A DNA stretch of 64,000 nt from Spirochaetaceae bacterium UBA5556 (lineage in GTDB: Bacteria; Spirochaetota; Spirochaetia; Treponematales; Rectinemataceae): the NCBI GenBank assembly GCA_002425765.1, contig DIMW01000002.1, forward strand, positions 106,590 to 170,589, written 5' to 3'. Positions 62,496 to 64,000 of this stretch are shown in pieces. The position numbers and the translations under genes were made by a program. Position 1 is the stretch's first letter. The number at the start of each line of letters is the position of its first letter. The notes beneath the pieces are model-generated. The model did no database searches. It saw only the letters and a program-made list of their open reading frames with translations, and was not told the origin of the DNA.

Positions 62496-63481
62496 ATCAG
62501 CCCGACCTGATCGCGGCCTTCGCCGCGGGACTCGTCTCCTTCATCTCTCCCTGCGTACTTCCGCTGCTCCCCGCGTATCTTTCTCTCCTCTCCGGACTCA
62601 CCGTGAAGGAACTCTCCGGCCACGAGAAAAAGGCAAAGCTTCTGAGAGCGAGCCTCATGTTCTCCGCGGGCTTCACCATGGCCTTTACGGTTCTTGGGGT
62701 CATCTTTTCCGGAGGGATGAGCTTTATCGGCGAGGGCACTTCCCGGCTCTTCGGGAAAATCGCAGGCATCGTTGTGATCGTGCTCGGGCTCAATATCATG
62801 TTCGATTTTATCAGGATACTGAATAATGACGCCCGCCTCATCCAGAAATTCACCGGCAGAGGACGGGGACAGGTCAACGCATTTTTGATGGGCCTGGCCT
62901 TCGCGGCGGGCTGGTCTCCGTGCATAGGGCCGATTTTAGCCTCGATTTTGCTTATGGCGGCGAGAAACGCGAATGTCGGCGCTGCGGCGCTGCTTCTCGT
63001 CACATATTCTGCGGGCTTTGCGATTCCCTTCATCGCGAGCGCGCTCTTCCTCGAACAGCTCTCCCCCCTGCTCGGCTTTCTCAAAAGGCACGGGAACGCC
63101 GTGCGCATCATCTCGGGCATACTCCTCGTAGCCTTTGGAATTATGATGCTCCTCGGGTCTGTCTCGCGCATCTCGGCCATCGCCGCGCAGACTGGCGGCG
63201 CCCTTCTCGGCTTCGAGGCCTCCTCGCCGCTCCCATCGCACATCATCGGCGCGGCGTTCTGGCTTCTGTTCGCGTGGCTCTCCGGCCGCAGAATTGTAAG
63301 GCGCCATAGGGCCCTCAAGGCGGTCCCAGGGGCCGGAGAAGCTACACCCCGGGCGCAAAAATCGCCAGCGACAGCCCATGTTTCCTCTGCCGTCTTTCTT
63401 GTCCTCGCCATCCTCGAACTCGCGGGCGTCATCAGCCTTCTACGCCTCACCGGCGGCTGGCTGACGTTTGGAGGATTGTAG
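62492..63481 (+). CDS. ccdA: CcdA/DsbD-family transmembrane thiol-disulfide electron transporter with a C-terminal extension
   Basis: Conserved Cys motifs SFISPCVLPLLPAYL and GWSPCIGPIL. ATG overlaps the tlpA stop (ATGA). An extra ~90 aa adds two more hydrophobic helices. Confidence 0.88.
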   Translation: MNQPDLIAAFAAGLVSFISPCVLPLLPAYLSLLSGLTVKELSGHEKKAKLLRASLMFSAGFTMAFTVLGVIFSGGMSFIGEGTSRLFGKIAGIVVIVLGLNIMFDFIRILNNDARLIQKFTGRGRGQVNAFLMGLAFAAGWSPCIGPILASILLMAARNANVGAAALLLVTYSAGFAIPFIASALFLEQLSPLLGFLKRHGNAVRIISGILLVAFGIMMLLGSVSRISAIAAQTGGALLGFEASSPLPSHIIGAAFWLLFAWLSGRRIVRRHRALKAVPGAGEATPRAQKSPATAHVSSAVFLVLAILELAGVISLLRLTGGWLTFGGL

Positions 63482-63510
63482 TCCGAAGATATCCTGGGGT
63501 ATCCCCGACG

Positions 63511-64000
63511 TTACACAACGCCGGCCCTGAGTGAACGACGGAACAGGTCGCGGCGCAGACGTTCGGCCCAGACGACGATGAGCGAGAGCACAAGGCGCGG
63601 CACCAGGAGCCAGAGCACGGGCAGGGAAATCGCTCCGTAGAGCACGGTATCCTCGAGGAGGGAATGGGAGATCGCGGCGTGATGGTTGAAGAGGTCTCCC
63701 TCCTGGAGGCTCATACGTCCTTCGTCGCGCGCGGCCTTGATGATGCCCGCCCCGTAGGCGTAGCCGACAATGTTGATCACGATCCACAAAAAGCTCATCG
63801 ATGGTTCGAGGCCGAAAATGCGCATGAGCCATCCAAGCCAGCGCGAAAGCCACTCCATCATGTTGAATTGCTCGAGGAGCGTCTGCGCGAGCATGAGGAC
63901 TAAAATATATACAATGATGCGTACCGTGAGCTTCAGAGTCGAAATCGCCCAGGCCCCCAGCATTGGCCAGAAAGCGCTCTGAGGCACGGCGCTCGAAGCA
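63511..64000 (-). CDS. Nucleoside-recognition (Gate) domain membrane protein, probably 5'-truncated by the window edge
   Basis: Hydrophobic protein with a Gate-domain-like stretch (NIVGYAYGAGIIKAA...NHHAAISHSLLEDT). The ORF-track start at 63987 is a GTG, and the frame stays open to the window end. Confidence 0.5.
   Translation of the reverse strand, partial: ASSAVPQSAFWPMLGAWAISTLKLTVRIIVYILVLMLAQTLLEQFNMMEWLSRWLGWLMRIFGLEPSMSFLWIVINIVGYAYGAGIIKAARDEGRMSLQEGDLFNHHAAISHSLLEDTVLYGAISLPVLWLLVPRLVLSLIVVWAERLRRDLFRRSLRAGVV

Noticed and set aside
62497-63450. 317-aa minus-strand ORF antisense to ccdA
   Set aside because: It is a shadow ORF. The plus-strand frame carries the conserved CcdA Cys motifs and TM pattern.

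Overview
64-kb chromosomal segment of a fairly GC-rich bacterium. EF-Tu and r-protein sequences, and a secY-rpmJ junction lacking adk/map/infA, look spirochaete-like (Treponema/Spirochaeta group); this is inference from memory, no search was run. The core (about 20.5-52.9 kb, all on the minus strand) is one uninterrupted translation/transcription super-cluster: murJ, tRNA-Thr, rpmG, tRNA-Trp, secE-nusG, rplKAJL, rpoBC, rpsLG, a divergent EF-G paralogue, tuf, the S10-spc-alpha r-protein operons, and a 56-aa zinc-ribbon ORF absent from the ORF track, ending at an intrinsic terminator. The left flank holds an OppDF-type ATPase pair, an AT-richer GGDEF gene with a decayed duplicate of its own 3' end, a MurNAc/amino-sugar salvage locus (SGNH esterase-murQ-murR opposite a CUT1 ABC importer, an AGE epimerase and a BadF-type kinase), and a split hut cluster. 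In that cluster hutH and hutI are separated by a 1158-aa PEPCK-like protein and a separately promoted DOMON plus 4-TM multi-His (cytochrome b561-like) pair, and no urocanase is present. The right flank holds a Cof phosphatase, a VanY-type peptidase, a UDG-superfamily variant, a tight gntP-TPR-glycerate 2-kinase-NYN/LOTUS run, an EEP lipoprotein, a ClpP paralogue and TlpA-CcdA. I saw no CRISPR array, transposase, integrase, phage module or rRNA gene. The most interesting items are the hutH/giant protein/DOMON-b561/hutI arrangement, four candidate leaderless mRNAs, the zinc-ribbon micro-ORF closing the ribosomal super-operon, and the insulated EF-G paralogue in the fusA slot. All functional calls rest on motif and gene-order recognition by eye.
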